Positions 49,730 through 62,600 of a stretch of DNA of 64,000 bases are shown piece after piece. The notes under the pieces were generated by a model, which did not search any database, had not been told where the DNA came from, and saw only the letters and a program-made list of their open reading frames with translations. Made by a program: the position numbers and the translations under genes. Positions within the stretch are counted from its first letter, which is position 1. Each line of letters opens with the position of its first letter. This DNA is from Macrostomum lignano (Eukaryota). The DNA lies in NCBI GenBank assembly GCA_002269645.1, contig NIVC01003207.1, positions 75,004 to 139,003 on the forward strand. Reading direction: 5' to 3'.

Positions 49730-50250
49730 CCATAGACTTCACAACAAGAGTAGTGCACACGAATTTTAATTCGGCTTCATGGAAATCGCTCGATTTGGCA
49801 TTCTGTGTATATTCTGTGACTTAAACTACGATTACTTATTTAAGTAAGTCCGTTTAAGTCCGTAAACAAAGTCGTGTTGGATCATGAAGACTAGATCTTT
49901 GAGGGTGCCAGGTGGAATTTGGAAACTTTTCCCAGTTCTCTTTACGAACTTCGAACACAAAATACTGGAGCAAATAATTCAGGTCGGATTTCGTAAGATC
50001 CTCGGTTGGCTTGAGAACCATGAGTCCTGACTCATCGCCTGTCAACTGACGATTGACGCGCATCTCTTTCTATAGATTGAATAACTTCATTGCCCATTTT
50101 TCCTTTGCTCTGGTAGCAGCAGGCAAACTTTCGTCGATTCTTTTTTTAGAGCAGCTTCGTCCAGGGACTCAGCAGAAACTCGAGTTGTCGACTCAACTCC
50201 GAAAGCAGCAAAGAAAGCGTCAAAATTGAAGTCTTCTAAGCCTTCCATAT
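49730..50250 (-). mobile_element. Crypton (tyrosine recombinase/DUF3504-type) remnant
   Basis: LNYLLQYFVFEVRKENWEKFPNST resembles the L..F..EVRK..GE.YP..T block of Crypton/ZMYM proteins. 49740-49830 has an inverted homolog at ~47420-47515. Confidence 0.4.
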
Positions 50251-50354
50251 TGTATTGTTGATTCTAGTTCGAAGAAAAAGCGAATTTAAATTCGGCTGTT
50301 ATGTTTTGCCACCGCTGACTGACTGCTGCTTCGTGACTGTATCTTTGTGAGAAA

Positions 50355-51607
50355 GGGGATGTCAACTTAAGCATCAGAATGGAGCCCGAAGTTCAGTTCC
50401 GGACCAAACCGACTGCAATCGATAACTTGTCGGCCCAGACGACTAGAATCGCCGAGACATCCCATCCGGCTCCCTTCCTTGGGGTCCCAGGGGATAAAGG
50501 GGATAAAATGGGGATCTCATGTCAACTTAAGGCTCTGGAATGGAGCCCGAATTTCAGCTCCGGACCAAACCGACTGAATCGATAACTTGTCGGCCCAGAC
50601 GACTAGAATCGCCGAGACATCCCATCCGGCTCCCTTCCTTGGGGTCCCAGGGGATAAAGGGGATAAAATGGGGATCTCATGTCAACTTAAGGCTCTGGAA
50701 TGGAGCCCGAAGTTCAGCTCCGGACTAAACCGACTGCAATCGATAACTTGTCGGCCCAGACGACTAGAATCGCCGAGACATCCCATCCGGCTCCCTTCCT
50801 TGGGGTCCCAGGGGATAAAGGGGATAAAATGGGATCTCATGTCAACTTAAGGCTCTGGAATGGAGCCCGAAGTTCAGCTCCGGACCAAACCGACTGCAAT
50901 CGATAACTTGTCGGCCCAGACGACTAGAATCGCCGAGACATCCCATCCGGCTCCCTTCCTTGGGGTCCCAGAGGATAAAGGGGATAAAATGGGGATCTCA
51001 TGTCAACTTAAGGCTCTGGAATGGAGCCCGAATTTCAGCTCCGGACCAAACCGACTGCAATCGATAACTTGTCGGCCCAGACGACTAGAATCGCCGAGAC
51101 ATCCCATCCGGCTCCCTTCTTGGGGTCCCAAGGGATGAAGGGGATAAAATGGGGATCTCATGTCAACTTAAGGCTCTGGAATGGAGCCCGAAGTTCAGCT
51201 CCGGACCAAACCGACTGCAATCGATAACTTGTCGGCCCAGACGACTAGAATCGCCGAGACATCCCATCCGGCTCCCTTCCTTGGGGTCCCAGGGGATAAA
51301 GGGGATAAAATGGGGATCTCATGTCAACTTAAGGCTCTGGAATGGAGCCCGAAGTTCAGCTCCGGACCAAACCGACTGCAATCGATAACTTGTCGGCCCA
51401 GACGACTAGAATCGCCGAGACATCCCATCCGGCTCCCTTCCTTGGGGTCCCAGGGGATAAAGGGGATAAAATGGGGATCTCATGTCAACTTAAGGCTCTG
51501 GAATGGAGCCCGAAGTTCAGCTCCGGACCAAACCGACTGCAATCGATAACTTGTCGGCCCAGACGACTAGAATCGCCGAGACATCCCATCCGGCTCCCTT
51601 CCTTGGG
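50355..51607 (+). repeat. Left arm: ~7.8 tandem copies of a 160-161-bp unit
   Basis: Unit starts at 50359, 50519, 50679, 50839, 51000, 51160, 51321, 51482. Confidence 0.95.
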
Positions 51608-52602
51608 CTGACTGAAACTCCTCTCGCTGGCCGCTAGACAGTTGCTCAGTAGGCTTTCGCTGCTGTGGTAAAGCATTTTCTCTGGCATAAAGTCTGGCAA
51701 CAAGACGGCGTGGAAGAGGGAATCAACAAAGCGAAGGCTAGCACCAGACCTTCGATAGCTATCTTGGTGGTAAGCGTAGCAGCCCAGGAGTCTGAGCACT
51801 GCCATTACATGACAATGGCGGCCTGCATTCCTACTTCCAGCTTTTGCTGATGAGTAGTAGCCATGAAGAAGTTGCAATCCTGGATCTCTAAAACCAAAGC
51901 GATTGTCCGCTGCTGTCACACACTCTAAGAATCACGCGGTAGGATTTCGAATTATGGCGCGAGAAAACGACAGCTAGAAAAATCAAGACGGATGCCACCG
52001 ACCGAATCGGTTGCTCCAGTTTTCTAGCGGCGTCTCTTGCCGAAACTTCCAATACTCCCGGCGGCTCGGATGTGTAACTCAAAGTCTCTCCAGGAGTCAC
52101 CTTCGTAGCTACCGAGAACCTCCTTGACACGAATGTTTTGAATGTAATAATCGGCTTGATTTAGTTGATACGGACCCACCAAAACCTCTGACAAATTCAC
52201 TGTGTGAATTCGGGGGAACCCCGAGCTTTTTGGATCCAGCGGGTTGACAGCAATCCATGCCCTTGTGTTAGCAGGGGGACACGCTTCAGATCACAGTTGA
52301 AGTGCAGCTGCTCAATTTCGTCCAGTTCGTTGGACAAGAGCACTCGGCGCATGAAATTCTGCCCGAATTCGAACAACGATAGCCCTGTCCATGACGGTGG
52401 CAGCTGTTTAAATGATTCAAAACCTGGATGCGCCCGGTTGTACTTTGCCATCGAGGTCTCGATAACAACGTCTAATCGGCTGGGCTCACTGAAGCCGGCT
52501 GACGGCAGCCACTGATACGGTTTGTGCCTCTCGTTAACACATTTGTCCTGCTTAATGGCAGCAAAGCAGCACTCAATGACATAGCGGAACATAGTGGCAC
52601 AG

Positions 52603-53676
52603 CGGATGTCTCGGCGATTCTAGTCGTCTGGGCCGACAAGTTATCGATTGCAGTCGGTTTGGTCCGGAGCTGAAATTCGGGCTCCATTCCAGAGCCTTAA
52701 GTTGACATGAGATCCCCATTTTATCCCCTTTATCCCCTGGGACCCCAAGGAAGGGAGCCGGATGGGATGTCTCGGCGATTCTAGTCGTCTGGGCCGACAA
52801 GTTATCGATTGCAGTCGGTTTGGTCCGGAGCTGAACTTCGGGCTCCATTCCAGAGCCTTAAGTTGACATGAGATCCCCATTTTATCCCCTTTATCCCTGG
52901 GACCCCAAGGAAGGGAGCCGGATGGGATGTCTCGGCGATTCTAGTCGTCTGGGCCGACAAGTTATCGATTGCAGTCGGTTTGGTCCGGAGCTGAACTTCG
53001 GGCTCCATTCCAGAGCCTTAAGTTGACATGAGATCCCCATTTTATCCCCTTTATCCCCTGGGACCCCAAGGAAGAGAGCCGGATGGGATGTCTCGGCGAT
53101 TCTAGTCGTCTGGGCCGACAAGTTATCGATTGCAGTCGGTTTGGTCCGGAGCTGAACTTCGGGCTCCATTCCAGAGCCTTAAGTTGACATGAGATCCCCA
53201 TTTTATCCCCTTTATCCCCTGGGACCCCAAGGAAGGGAGCCGGATGAGATGTCTCGGCGATTCTAGTCGTCTGGGCCGACAAGTTATCGATTGCAGTCGG
53301 TTTGGTCCGGAGCTGAACTTCGGGCTCCATTCCAGAGCCTTAAGTTGACATGAGATCCCCATTTTATCCCCTTTATCCCCTGGGACCCCAAGGAAGGGAG
53401 CCGGATGGGATGTCTCGGCGATTCTAGTCGTCTGGGCCGACAAGTTATCGATTTCAGTCGGTTTGGTCCGGAGCTGAACTTCGGGCTCCATTCCAGAGCC
53501 TTAAGTTGACATGAGATCCCCATTTTATCCCCTTTATCCCCTGGGACCCCAAGGAAGGGAGCCGGATGGGAGTTCTCGGCGATTCCAGTCGTCTGGGCCG
53601 ACAAGTTATCGATTGCAGTCGGTTTGGTCTGGAGCTGAACTTCGGGCTCCATTCTGGTGCTTAAGTTGACATCCCC
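52603..53676 (-). repeat. Right arm: ~6.7 copies of the same 161-bp unit, inverted
   Basis: Reverse complement of the left-arm unit. Confidence 0.95.
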
Positions 53677-53777
53677 TTTATTTATTTGTCTATGGTCGGA
53701 ATAAAATGGTCTAAGCCTATATGTCTATCAATCAGATGGGATGCCCCCGTAAAATAGGCAATCGAATTTCATATAAA

Positions 53778-54190
53778 ATAAACGCCGTTTAATTCATCAT
53801 AGTCTATGTAGAATATCATCGGCTGCATTCAATTTAGAGATGACGCACTGCTTTCTTGTGCAGCAACGACCTAGGCACGAGTGCGCGGCTCTCCTAAGAT
53901 CTCTAATCTCCCTCTTTCTCGGGTCTCTAATCTCCCTCTTAGCACTTGTGCCTGCACTCGAAAGCAGTGCGTCGATATCATTGGCTAACGATTTTGTTTT
54001 TACCATACAAGCGTGCGGCAACGTACCGTTTTGTGTGCGGCAATGCCCCATTGCGTTGCAGCACGCTTCTATGGTAAACACAAAAGCGAAATCGTTTGAC
54101 AATGGTCCTCGGCTCGTTTCGCTCGCCTCGGGACCATTAAATTCAGCCTCGGAAATTCTAACGACTGAATTTGAATTAAACGGCGTTTAT
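53778..54190. mobile_element. ~410-bp MITE-like segment bounded by a perfect 19-bp inverted repeat
   Basis: ATAAACGCCGTTTAATTCA at 53778-53796 and its reverse complement at 54172-54190. TSD not identified. Confidence 0.5.
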
Positions 54191-54608
54191 TATTTACATA
54201 AAAAACCAGCATTAAGAATATGAAATAATGTTAGTGAAAAGGCTCCATTGCCATAGACACAGCTAAAGCAAGCGGCCTTTTCTAGAATTTCTACTATTCG
54301 CAAGTGTAGATGACACACTGTTTTGAACCTATCCCCTTGTGTTAAGCGCCTTTGCATTAAATTTTTAATTAAGGACCAGAGGATCCGGAATTAAGTTTCC
54401 ACATACAATACCGAACTAAATGTACATAAGTTTAAAGTCCAAAGCTTATAGATTTGCTTTAAAACTAAAAATTTAATCAAAATTGAGAAGAAAATCGAGA
54501 AAGATATTCCAGATAAACAAGAAAAGAGATCAGGACAAGTTCACTCATCGGTCAGAACAGACTCGATTTACTTTTAAACACAAGACAGACTCCTTAGGGT
54601 TCTGCTGT

Positions 54609-55510
54609 CTAAGGCAGCACAGAGACGGGGAAGCCAAGCAGCTCAACTTCGCACAGGCTGAACACCACACCACGCAAGCGACTGACGAGGCGAACCCGAC
54701 TGCCGTAGCCGAGGCAGCTGACTGTCTTGATGGAGAAGCTCTGAGCTCCGTCTACCCTGGCACACTCGACATCATCGACCAGCAGGGTGAAGTTGTTGAG
54801 CCTCTCAGCGCAGCAGTCCTGTCTGTTGAAGATGCGGACTGCCTTGATGCGGAACTGCTGAGCGAGGTCGGCCTGCCACCATTGGGATTTGCCTCCTTCG
54901 GTGTGGGCGCAGGAGCCTCCGTGAAAGTTCTGATTCGTGTTGCCATCGATTGCTAATCCGCAGACAGCACTCGCAAAAGTAGAGATCTGACTGCAGTTTT
55001 GAACAGTCAAAACTGCTTCTGTCGGTACTGCAGCAACCAAAGCGAAGGAAAAGCATTTCACTAAGAGCCTTTAAGTCTCAGTAATTATTGAGGCTTAAAT
55101 TAGGAGGCAAAATTACCTCCTTCAAATAATTTATACCGTTGAATTCAATAAGTGCAAAACTCACAGTCGAACAGCTTTGTGAAGACATCGACCGGCTTGG
55201 CTCTCGGCTTGGCGCTCGGCTGCCACAGCGACTTGCTGAAGAACGCAGCGATGCTGAACAGCTGGCATGACAGACTCGCCTCTTGCCAGTAGAAGCCGAA
55301 GCAGACACCGGACTGGGCCCTGCACTGCAGAGAGCACTGCAGCTCGCTGCCAACTGCCTGCACGGACTTGAAGGACTGCGGCACCGTCAGGCTGTGGGGC
55401 TCGGCTAAAGAGAACAGCTTCTGGTTGGCGCAGCTGCCGGGGTCATCGCCTGTGACTGTCGAGCAGATCGTCGCCAGCAGAGCGAATGCGGCTGTGAGGA
55501 GTTGCTGCAT
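54609..55510 (-). CDS. Secreted PAN/Apple + F-type lectin protein, copy C; exons 55510-55165 and 55027-54609; 254 aa
   Basis: 137-bp phase-1 intron, fucose motif intact, no truncated extra exon. Confidence 0.87.
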
Positions 55511-55998
55511 CGCTCTGGATAGATCTTTGCAGTGTGAAATGGCTTTGTGACAAATACAGTATCGATCTACCTGTCGTAAGCTGTTTTAAGCTTTCTCCAT
55601 TTGCCCCTGAAAGGATGCAAATATTTGCTAGTTCCGGTACAGTGGTTAAAACCCTACAGCGTTGCTCTGAGGTGGGACTGAGGCAACGTGTTGAGTTGGT
55701 GGGAAAGCACTGGAGGGAGTCAGTTTTTTAGTGATGATCATCAGAAAGCTCCCGTTGAGTAAGTTGCAATCAAGTTCCTGACGAAAGCAATTGTCACACA
55801 CCCGAGAACCCAGTAATTGCTTTTAGATGACAAAAGTGTTTCTGCTTCCCTGCATAAAATAAGAGAAAGCCCAAGTTTGAGAAACCCCTTTCATTGTACG
55901 AATACTCTCCGGCTAAAAGCAACGGAAACGCCATATCTTCTGAGTGACAAATACTTGCTGCCATGCAGCCAAGCAACTCCTCTATGCAGATGTAGATG

Positions 55999-56058
<60 letters not shown>

Positions 56059-56061
56059 CAC

Positions 56062-56125
<64 letters not shown>

Positions 56126-56150
56126 GGCAGACAGACAGACAGACAGACAG
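55999..56150. repeat. (GACA)n microsatellite
   Basis: Directly visible. Confidence 0.95.
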
Positions 56151-56819
56151 AAACAGTCTGATTGGTGGGGGGTGCAGTACAACCGTCCTGCACGCATTAA
56201 TCAGCTGTTCCTCACAGCATTTAAAACATCGAATTCTCAGACTGCAAGATATCAGGAGCTATCTGGATTATAAGCCGGTACCTCAAGTTGTCGGCATCTT
56301 GAAGGTATGCCGTACATGTAGCAATTTTAGAAATTTTATATGATTTAGCAATATGTAAATGTAACAGTACCATGCTGCTACTTGGTTGGGGTTGATGCGT
56401 CGTGCGAGAAGCTACGCTCGTACATCGTAGAACCAAACATACTCGTAACAGAGTCCGGTTGAAAATATTAATCAAATTAGTGTTAGGATTTTGTGAATTT
56501 TTAAATCGTTTTTTATAAGGTATTTGCTGTCTTTTTTGTTTCACTAAAGTTGAAACAAAGGTCAAAGGTCTGTTTCCATTATTTGATACAGTAATTCAAC
56601 TTTCATAGCATATGTTTTAATGTTTGATAATGGTTAGCAATTATGAAAATTATATTATGTCTAATTTGATCAAAAACAAATGTAAGCAGTACTTGTATTC
56701 TAATCGAATCAAAATGTCGTTATACCGTTTTACTTTTAGTTAAAAATTTCAAATTATTTTAAAACTTTTTATTATACTTTCAAACTTTTAGTCACTACTT
56801 CGGCTGTTCGTCGCCTCCA

Positions 56820-59669
56820 TTACACCTCCACTTCGCAGAGGATCAGCGGCTCCGCTTTGTGACTATCGATACGAACAACTTCGCCGTACGCGTTGCACTC
56901 GAAAGTCCGAGCCGAGAAGTGGTCGTCGGAACGGTAAAAGGCGCATTCGAGACCACCTACGCTGATTGAGAAATCTTTGAGCCGGTCAGAGCAGCAATCT
57001 TCGAGGTACTAGATTCGAATCTTCGATACAAATGAAGCTTTGGGTAATTGCGCCTGCCACCAGTTGTTGTGTGCACTCTCAGTATGTGTGCACGACCCGG
57101 CGTGGTAGTCCTGGTTCCGGATGCCATCAAAGGCCCGTTTGCAGTCGCAACCAGAGGCAGTTGAGCTCTGACTACAACTGTTGAACTTGAGCTGTTCTGC
57201 AAGTTCCATGGAAACCCATTCTTTCATTCAGCGTTCTCGTCGATCTACAGTGTTTCTACCGGTATAAATTGTCGGTTTTAAATCTTTAACTACTGATTGT
57301 TAGTATATTTTTATTCAAGCTTATCCCGTGATACCTGCGCTTTGAGCAATGGCTATTTTGCCTCTCTGGTGTTGAGAATGCGGAGCACTCTATCTGTGAA
57401 TACTCCGCGTGTACTCAGAACAGGTTTACCTACCTCAGCCCAAACTCGGACCTTCCCGACGTTTTCAGACCCAAGAACTTCTGCGCGAGCTCTTCCGCTA
57501 CCTACGGGCTACAGACTCTCCTGGACTCTCCGGAGGGGGACTGCACTGCGTACACCGGCACCACCGGATCTGCCTACGAGACACCACAGCACCAGCTGCC
57601 TGTGATCACCAAGGGTTAGCGGGATGGTCGCCAACGCCTCCCCAACGTATCCGGATGCCCGAAACCAGCCCGCAGCTCAGCCAAGAATGTCAAGCTTATC
57701 CCATACAACAATCCGACATCATGCCGAGACATCCGCAGACGCTTTGGGCGTCCAGCAAATTGCAAAAGAGGGCAAATTATTAATTTCTGAAAAGATTTCC
57801 AATGTGATCTTAACTTTAGTTAAAGCAAATAATCTTTTGGGTACTACTATAATATTAGAGCGCATTGCTTATACTCACTTTCTGGCATAGATGTGTCTTC
57901 CGTGTCTTACAAACGCTTTATCCTCGCACATAGTCAAATTTGTTGGCCTACGATTAGCAATCTTGATTTTCTGGCCGGTGCCTGGGCACTTGAGAGTCAG
58001 CATCGAGAAAAATGAGTCGGGCTCTGACCGGTACGATGCGCATTCTTTATCGTCGATGAGTACGGCAAAGTCCGACAGCCGATCTAAGCAGCAGTCCAGT
58101 CGGTTGTAGATGCGGACATGAGTCACATCACTAACCTTGGTTAGGTGGCCCTGCCATCAGCCTCGCTCTGCTTGGGTGTGACTGCACGAACCGTGAATGT
58201 AGCCCTGGTGATGTTGCCATCGATTGCTCGGTCACAGACGCCACCATACGAAATTGAACTCTGCGAGCAAGAGTCGAAGGCCAGTTGTTCTGAAATAGGT
58301 GGGTTTTTACACGAGTAAGTTAGTACAATCTCGAGGCATCGGATGTTTTAGTGCCAATTTTTCGGCCTGTGCCTTATGTACAATAGCAATTTCAGTTTCC
58401 ACCCGTAGCATCTGATCTCACCTCCAATCGAAGGCAGGCTAATAGCATATCCGAGGACTTGCACTTCGCACAAAGAAAATGTCGATTCTCTGTGACTTTG
58501 AATTCGAACGACCTGACCAATCCTGTCTACGTTGAAATTTCATTGCAAAATGTTCGCCTCGATAAACAGCGCTAAGGTGCCCATCGATGTAGATAGAAAA
58601 GTAGTCAAGCCTCTCCGAGCAGCAGTCCATTCTGTTATAGATGCGAATCTGTTTGAAGTGGGTAAGGTGCTCAGTTCGAGCCTGCCACCAGCCCTGGTGC
58701 GCCTCCGTGTGGGTGCACGAGCCGGCGTGATAGTCCTGGTTGGTGTTGCCATCGATCGCTCGAACGCATTTGGCGCCACCAAATGTGGAGCTCTGTCTAC
58801 ACTCAATCAGCTGAATTTGCTGGTCTGAAGTGAGATTTTTTAAGTTAAAGCAATGCATTGCAGTGAAAACTTCCATATAGGGACCGGACGGCATTGGGAC
58901 TAAAGCCCTCAGTGGGTGCCCTCAGTAACTCGCAAGCAGGGGACCGCGGAACGGGGAGAAGCAGGGGCAGCTGTCCACTCCGGCATTTAGATGGAAGGCC
59001 TGTTTCTCCTCAAAAATGGCTCGTTGGAAATTGAAATGGTCAAAAAACCCTGGAGAGAAATCATGTAGAAAAAAAGCACTATGTGCGCGTAGAGAGCCTA
59101 TAAATCTTGCTTGCGACGCTAAACAGGCGCTAGAATCTCACCTAAAGTCTCTAATTGGAATTTGGGATTCTTTCTTCGCACCACGCCTGCTTGCCAGTGA
59201 CTTTTAATTTGTATTAAATGTAGTTCTCCATTGACCTCAAAGACAACTAGAACAACAACTAGGGTTTCAAGTTTTTCCTAATTAACAACGTATCAAAAAT
59301 AAAAAGCCGTATTTTTTACCTATTTTTACTAACCGCAACCGCATCCGCTTAACTTGTAGGTTAAGATTGCAGCTCTTCGACTTCTAGATGATAATTCTCT
59401 CTTCTGATTTAAATATTGGGTCTTATTTGATCCTACAAACTCTGCCAACAAATGTCACTTTTACGCGAAACTGGTCAGTTATGAGCTACTAATTCCTAGC
59501 ATCTATAACTTCATCCTCATCTGTGTATACATGTAGGCTATTTATCAGACTTTCGTATCTACAGTCAGGTTACATGTTAACACTTACAAACGGCGCCGTA
59601 CGCAGGTCGATTAACGCAGCCGGACACCAATGCCGCAAGCAGCAGGGACAGAATCGTTTTCGACGACAT
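56820..59669 (-). pseudogene. Triple-FTP F-type lectin pseudogene; exons 59669-59588 (signal peptide), 58824-58422, 58289-57879, 57196-56820
   Basis: MSSKTILSLLLAALVSG signal exon with GTAAGT donor, then three FTP exons. Lesions: frameshift ~58540, frameshift ~58208, TGA 58157-59, TAG 57009-11. Confidence 0.8.
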
Positions 59670-62600
59670 TTATGGAATCTATTATTGCGTGGCAGATGTT
59701 TCTCAACGTTTGGTAGATATGACTGGTGCAGATTGAATCAGTTTAGGCTGCGCTTATAGCAAATTTATTACGCTCGCAGACCGTAGTATGAGGTCAAGGT
59801 CAAATAACGAACTTTGGCTGCAGATAGACCACGTGACATGCGATGCTGCTCGTTAACTCTAAACCTTTTTGGAAACTCTTTAGCAGCTGTTATCATGGAA
59901 ACCAACACTTATCGCTGATTTCATTGTGCTTCGAAATGAAACCTGCAATGACCAGCAGTTACTAATTTCTTTTCAAGCTTTAACATCTAATCAAAAACTG
60001 ATTAGACAGGAAACTTCTCCGAGTTTTTAAATAATGTGACCTTTTTCCGGTACGATTCAATCTCTGATTAGGACTAAAAAACACTTCACAATTTTCTAAA
60101 GTTTTTTTAAATGCTTAGAATCTTTCTAATCAAATTTTGTGCGAGTTACAAACTTATATATATTTTATATATATATATATATTATAAACGTCATTCTGTA
60201 TATAATAATATACAAATTAGATTAATTCCGACAGCAGTTAAAATTTGTTATGCTGTATAAAACCTGCAGCTTGCACACGGGAAATAGCATGTTATTCAGG
60301 TTTAGTTATATAGATTCGTTTAGTTGGATTAGATGATGAAAATTGGCAATTTAATTTAGTTATTCAGCGAGCCAACTGAGACGAAGCCAGATGCGGGGTT
60401 AGAAGAATCAATTATCTTTGTGCACCTGCAGAGCCGGGCACTCAATCATTAGCAAGATCACCTGACTCTCTGATTTACAGGCAAAATTCCAAGCCTATTT
60501 GTTATACTTAATCAAGCAAAATTATAAGCAAGCAGTACGTTTTACAAGAAACTTCAAAAACTACAATTTTGAATGCGTCATTCTAAGAAACCCCGCTAAT
60601 GACGATAAATCATGCGCTGAGTGTGACTGCGCAGGGATCATTTAGGATCAACCGAAAAAATCATCCATCCACAAGATAGGCTAATGAGACCTCAGGTGGC
60701 CAGAGAAGCTAGTGTAAAAAATCGCAACTCGCGACAGCGTAAAAGTCAGCTACTGACAACTCAATTTTGTCAGTAGTCTTGCTGCACATGCATTTTGTTT
60801 GAGCTACTATTTGCATTCGATAGTTATTGACAAATTAACAAGACAATATATAGCAAAGAAAATTTAGGCACACGTACTGAGTGAAAAATGTTACAGTTTG
60901 TATACTTTCTCGTTCCAAATCACTTCAGAGTTTGATGAACAATTCTGCTATTATCGAGCGTTATGTCTTAGTTCGTCTAAGACGCAACATCTGCGAGTTT
61001 ATGTAGTAAAGACATTGCAGCTCGCTAAAATTCATATTTATTTTAGGATTTTCCGACTTTAGCGTGAAGTATCGAAATCTAAGCCTGATTTGGGTACGAG
61101 ATGGATTCACAGGTTGTAAAAAATACTAAGCAAGTTACGATCGCAGACCTGCAACAGACGAATTTTAGCCCTTTTATTAAAATGATCGTGTTGGCATCGT
61201 TTTTTTCTTTTTTTTTATAAACTGACTTTTCTGACAGATAAAATTCTGACGAGAAACGCCAAAAGGAAAAATAATAAACAAGGGTGATAATGTCGAGGGT
61301 TTAATTACGAGCTAGTAAATAAAACATGCTTCTTTTGAGTGAATTGTCACGCATTTCTGCCGTATGATTAACTAATTAGTCGGATAATCCCAGGAGATAA
61401 GGAAGGAAGGCGAGAGAAATCAGGTTATTAATCTCTCTCAGAGACTTCAGCAAGGACTTAGGAGCCGTAGGTGACGGATTAAGCCGTATATGCTTTTAGC
61501 ATGTTTCAAGCTATTGGCCAATTTTCTTCGTTTATTTGACTTAACTGTCAAGCCGAGAAGAACACAAGCCATGGCTACAGGCTGCACAGAAAGCCTCTTG
61601 GCCTCCCAATTCTGCGCTTATAAATAAATTATTCAACGTAAACAAAAACGCAGAGGAAAATGGGAAGTAGAGGAGAGCTAGATGCAATGGTTGAAAGCCG
61701 TCGTGCACTCAGGAGTTTGAGCTCCTCTGTCTTGATGGGCAGGGTGAAGTATAGGGTCCGCTCGTACATGTAGCTAGGTAATGGCCAAGCATATGATCTT
61801 ATTCTTAACGTATTCATAATAGCAATCGAAAAACGTTTTTCTGTCTTATAGATATTGCATGCAAAGCGAAGACATGTTCAGCTTACCACTGTGTTGAACT
61901 AGCTATAGAGAACGAAATCATATGCAGATAAGGAGAAAAAGTCAACTCAAGTCAGCGAGAGAGTGGAGAGAAAGGGAGCCAGGGAGAACGAAAACTTCAA
62001 CCAGCAAGTCTGGCAGAAACTCTGCAAGATCCTGCTGCTTTGGAATCCAGGCGTGACTGGCGGTCGATCGCAATTTTGCTAGAAGGCTTTTTTGCTTCGC
62101 TTAACTATATCGCCATACCGGACTCGCAAGCCCTCCGGATCAGTCCAGTCCAGTTGCAGTTAAGATCTCAGCGACTTGTTGCTAAGGCTTACTGCACTGC
62201 CAATCTGCAACGCCCATCGTTTCCTAGCCGTTTAGTGCCATCAAAAATCTGGATGCCAATCTATATTGGAACTTATAGTCGGCTATATAGGGAGACTGGG
62301 AAAGTCAATGTTTCCGGCACCCACTGTCCCCTGAGGGAAATGAAAGCGCTGTAGGGACGGTTTGCGGGAGTGGGTGCCATCGAATTCTTATACGAGCGTA
62401 TATATAACACAGCGTATGGCTTTGGTAACAAGGGGGGGAATAGAATTGAAGGACTGGGAAAGGGGAACTCCGAAGGGTTGGGGTGGGAGCTAACTGCCAG
62501 GAGCAATTTATTTCACGCGTTGCGTCGCCTCCTGTGGGCAGCAGGATAGCCGTAAGTAGCTAGATATCGGTCCCTCTTGAGATTAGCTTTGCATAGTTAA

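Larger units (their letters stand above)
50355..53676. mobile_element. Foldback DNA transposon, Spy/PHIS-like, in an AAA|TTT site without TSD
   Basis: Termini GGGGATGTCAACTTAAGCA, flanked by AAA (50352-54) and TTT (53677-79). Arms are tandem 160-161-bp units. A central ~1 kb carries transposase-like remnants. Confidence 0.75.

Noticed and set aside
50355-53676. CRISPR-like array
   Set aside because: The 161-bp units are contiguous and near-identical with no unique spacers, there are no cas genes, and the context is eukaryotic.
61560-62600. LINE or gene fragment
   Set aside because: The short ORFs have no diagnostic motif and cannot be assigned.
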